Source: Eledone cirrhosa | Lineage: Eukaryota | Assembly: GCA_964016885.1 (NCBI GenBank) | Contig: CAXHJY010000911.1 | Coordinates: 1-24,498 of the forward strand | Length of the DNA stretch: 24,498 nt | Direction of reading: 5' to 3' | Part shown: one piece after another, positions 20,845-24,498 of the stretch | Layout: the number at the start of each line of letters is the position of its first letter | Numbering within the stretch: the first letter of the stretch is position 1 | Made by a program: the position numbers and the translations under genes | The notes under the pieces: model-generated | Databases searched by the model: none | Told to the model about the DNA's origin: nothing | What the model saw: only the letters and a program-made list of their open reading frames with translations

Positions 20845-21612
20845 AGTAGTAGTGGTAGTGGTGGTTGTAGTAATAGTAGTAGTAGTAATGGTGGCAACAG
20901 TATTAATAGTGGTAGTGGTGGTTGTAGTAATAGTAGTAGTAGTAATGGTGGCAACAGTAGTATTAGTAGTGGTAGTGGTGGTTGTAGTAATAGTAGTAGT
21001 AGTAATGGTGGCAACAGTAGTATTAGTAGTGGTAGTGGTGGTTGTAGTAATAGTAGTAGTAGTAATGGTGGCAACAGTATTAATAGTGGTAGTGGTGGTT
21101 GTAGTAATAGTAGTAGTAGTAATGGTGGCAACAGTATTAATAGTGGTAGTGGTGGCTGTAGTAATAGTAGTAGTAGTAATGGTGGCAACAGTATTAATAG
21201 TGGTAGTGGTGGTTGTAGTAATAGTAGTAGTAGTAATGGTGGCAACAGTATTAATAGTGGTAGTGGTGGCTGTAGTAATAGTAGTAGTAGTAATGGTGGC
21301 AACAGTATTAATAGTGGTAGTGGTGGTTGTAGTAATAGTAGTAGTAGTAATGGTGGCAACAGTATTAATAGTGGTAGTGGTGGTTGTAGTAATAGTAGTA
21401 GTAGTAATGGTGGCAACAGTAGTATTAGTAGTGGTAGTGGTGGTTGTAGTAATAGTAGTAGTAGTAATGGTGGCAACAGTAGTATTAGTAGTAGTAGTGG
21501 TGGTTGTAGTAATAGTAGTAGTAGTAATGGTGGCAACAGTAGTATTAGTAGTGGTAGTGGTGGTTGTAGTAATAGTAGTAGTAGTAGTAATGGTGGCAAC
21601 AGTAGTATTAGT
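20845..21612. repeat. 57/60-bp minisatellite, ~13 units
   Basis: agtggtagtggtggttgtagtaatagtagtagtagtaatggtggcaac followed by agtattaat or agtagtattagt. Confidence 0.98.
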
Positions 21613-21669
21613 AGTTGTAGTAGTAGTAGTAGTAGTGGTGGTTGTAAAGGTAGTAGTAGAAGTAGAAGT

Positions 21670-21891
21670 AATGATGGTGGCAACAGTAGCTGTAGCAATC
21701 ATGGTAGTAGTAGTAGTAGTAATAGTAGTAGTAGTAGTAGTAGTAGTAGTAATGGTGGCAACAGTAGTTGTAGCAATCATGGTACTAGTAACAGTAGTAA
21801 TGGTGACAGTAGTAGTAGTAGTAGTAGTAGTAGTAATGGTGACAACAGTAGTTGTAGCAATCATGGTACTAGTAACAGTAGTAATGGTGAC

Positions 21892-21961
<70 letters not shown>

Positions 21962-22095
21962 ATGGTGACAACAGTAGTTGTAGCAATCATGGTACTAGTA
22001 ACAGTAGTAATGGTGACAGTAGTAGTAGTAGTAGTAGTAATGGTGACAACAGTAGTTGTAGCAATCATGGTACTAGTAACAGTAGTAATGGTGAC

Positions 22096-22144
<49 letters not shown>

Positions 22145-22200
22145 ATGGTGACAACAGTAGTTGTAGCAATCATGGTACTAGTAACAGTAGTAATGGTGAC

Positions 22201-22261
<61 letters not shown>

Positions 22262-22317
22262 ATGGTGACAACAGTAGTTGTAGCAATCATGGTACTAGTA
22301 ACAGTAGTAATGGTGAC

Positions 22318-22366
<49 letters not shown>

Positions 22367-22584
22367 ATGGTGACAACAGTAGTTGTAGCAATCATGGTAC
22401 TAGTAACAGTAGTAATGGTGACAGTAGTAGTAGTAGTAGTAGTAATGGTGACAACAGTAGTTGTAGCAATCATGGTACTAGTAACAGTAGTAATGGTGAC
22501 AGTAGTAGTAGTAGTAGTAGTAGTAGTAATGGTGGCAACAGTAGTTGTAGCAATCATGGTACTAGTAACAGTAGTAATGGTGAC

Positions 22585-22642
<58 letters not shown>

Positions 22643-22776
22643 ATGGTGACAACAGTAGTTGTAGCAATCATGGTACTAGTAACAGTAGTAATGGTGACAG
22701 TAGTAGTAGTAGTAGTAGTAATGGTGACAACAGTAGTTGTAGCAATCATGGTACTAGTAACAGTAGTAATGGTGAC

Positions 22777-22825
<49 letters not shown>

Positions 22826-22959
22826 ATGGTGACAACAGTAGTTGTAGCAATCATGGTACTAGTAACAGTAGTAATGGTGACAGTAGTAGTAGTAGTAGTA
22901 GTAATGGTGACAACAGTAGTTGTAGCAATCATGGTACTAGTAACAGTAGTAATGGTGAC

Positions 22960-23002
<43 letters not shown>

Positions 23003-23142
23003 ATGGTGGCAACAGTAGTTGTAGCAATCATGGTACTAGTAACAGTAGTAATGGTGACAGTAGCAGTAGTAGTAGTAGTAGTAGTAATGGTGACAACAGT
23101 AGTTGTAGCAATCATGGTACTAGTAACAGTAGTAATGGTGAC

Positions 23143-23188
<46 letters not shown>

Positions 23189-23328
23189 ATGGTGGCAACA
23201 GTAGTTGTAGCAATCATGGTACTAGTAACAGTAGTAATGGTGACAGTAGCAGTAGTAGTAGTAGTAGTAGTAATGGTGACAACAGTAGTTGTAGCAATCA
23301 TGGTACTAGTAACAGTAGTAATGGTGAC

Positions 23329-23359
<31 letters not shown>

Positions 23360-23496
23360 ATGGTGGCAACAGTAGTTGTAGCAATCATGGTACTAGTAAC
23401 AGTAGTAATGGTGACAGTAGCAGTAGTAGTAGTAATGGTGACAACAGTAGTTGTAGCAATCATGGTACTAGTAACAGTAGTAATGGTGACAGTAGC

Positions 23497-23539
<43 letters not shown>

Positions 23540-23595
23540 ATGGTGGCAACAGTAGTTGTAGCAATCATGGTACTAGTAACAGTAGTAATGGTGAC

Positions 23596-23632
<37 letters not shown>

Positions 23633-23757
23633 ATGGTGGCAACAGTAGTTGTAGCAATCATGGTACTAGTAACAGTAGTAATGGTGACAGTAGCAGTAGT
23701 AGTAGTAGTAGTAGTAATGGTGGCAACAGTAGTTGTAGCAATCATGGTACTAGTAAC

Positions 23758-23797
<40 letters not shown>

Positions 23798-23866
23798 ATG
23801 GTGACAACAGTAGTTGTAGTAATCTTGGTTGTAGTAATAGTAGTAGTAGTGGTAGTAGTAGTGGTG
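21670..23866. repeat. Array of a constant 57-bp core (~22 copies) separated by variable (AGT)6-23 spacers
   Basis: aatggtg(a/g)caacagtagttgtagcaatcatggtactagtaacagtagtaatggtgac followed by (agt)n. Confidence 0.98.
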
Positions 23867-24210
23867 TAATAGACATATCTCAAGATATTGAGAGTGTTTA
23901 AAGTGGTGTGCAGTCCATCCTATGGAGATAAGAAAAGATTCTTTTCTCCCTTTTTTTTTTTTTTAAATACGTGTTATTGCACTCTTCACATGTCAACAGT
24001 AGTGAGATAGTTTCAGTCTTGGTATTGTACTCTTTCTTATTTCCCACGATGGAGAGTTCTCACCACATTGAGGAAGAAAGAATGACATTTCTAGGAGTGT
24101 TCTTTGTGTGAGTGTGTGTGAGTGTGTGAGTGCGTATGTGTGTATATATATATGTGTGTGTACGTGTGAGTGTGTATATATGTGCTTTTGTTTTTATGGT
24201 GAGAAATAAA

Positions 24211-24403
24211 AGTGGTAGTAGTAGTAGTAATGGTAGTAGTAGTAGTAGTGGTAGTAGTAGTGGTAGTAGTAATGGTAGTAGTAGTATTAGTAGTAATGGT
24301 AGTATTAGTAGTAGTAGTGGTAATGGTAGTAGTAGTATTAGTAGTAGTAGTAATGGTAATAGTAGTATTAGTAGTAGTAGCAGTAGCAGCTGCAGTAGTT
24401 GTT
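24211..24403. repeat. Degenerate (AGT)n with aatggt and attagt interruptions
   Basis: Uses the same triplet vocabulary as the large arrays but has no long period. Confidence 0.92.
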
Positions 24404-24450
24404 GTGTACACATGGTAGTCATAGTAATCTCAATTTGGCAGCCATGTCGT

Positions 24451-24481
24451 TGATTGGCTGTTCTAGATATTAATATAAAAG
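24451..24481 (+). promoter_or_regulatory. Candidate Pol II core promoter: inverted CCAAT box plus TATA box
   Basis: tgattggctg (reverse complement cagccaatca) at 24451-24460 and TATAAAAG at 24474-24481. A start site would lie just beyond the window end. Confidence 0.3.
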
Positions 24482-24498
24482 CCGGTAGCATCAGCCAT

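Noticed and set aside
21751-23820. CRISPR-like repeat-spacer layout
   Set aside because: The spacers are pure (AGT)n rather than unique sequence, the context is eukaryotic, and there are no cas genes.
17432-23869. Poly-Leu/Pro and poly-Val ORFs of over 1000 aa
   Set aside because: They are alternative frames of triplet-derived tandem repeats with implausible composition.

Overview
AT-rich, microsatellite-dense eukaryotic DNA, most likely intronic or intergenic. The SINE and RTE-LINE families look like those of octopod cephalopods (from recall, not a database search). I cannot support any host protein-coding gene: nearly all listed ORFs are microsatellite or minisatellite artefacts. The window holds 5'-truncated remnants of three different RTE-clade LINEs (one ending in a C2H2 finger) and about 10 copies or fragments of a tRNA-type SINE, one with a 16-bp TSD. 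It also holds a 102-bp Tc1/mariner MITE, several satellites, and a 6.3-kb block of three related (AGT)n-derived minisatellite arrays (17541-23866). The most interesting signal is a set of minimal type I hammerhead-ribozyme-like motifs of the Penelope/retrozyme kind. These are a tandem dimer with 239-nt spacing (2588-3017), two fold-back elements whose inversion pivots next to a GAAAC core (1343-1434, 8236-8364), and further remnants near 7280, 7620 and 12675. All motifs seen here are damaged, so these copies are probably inactive.
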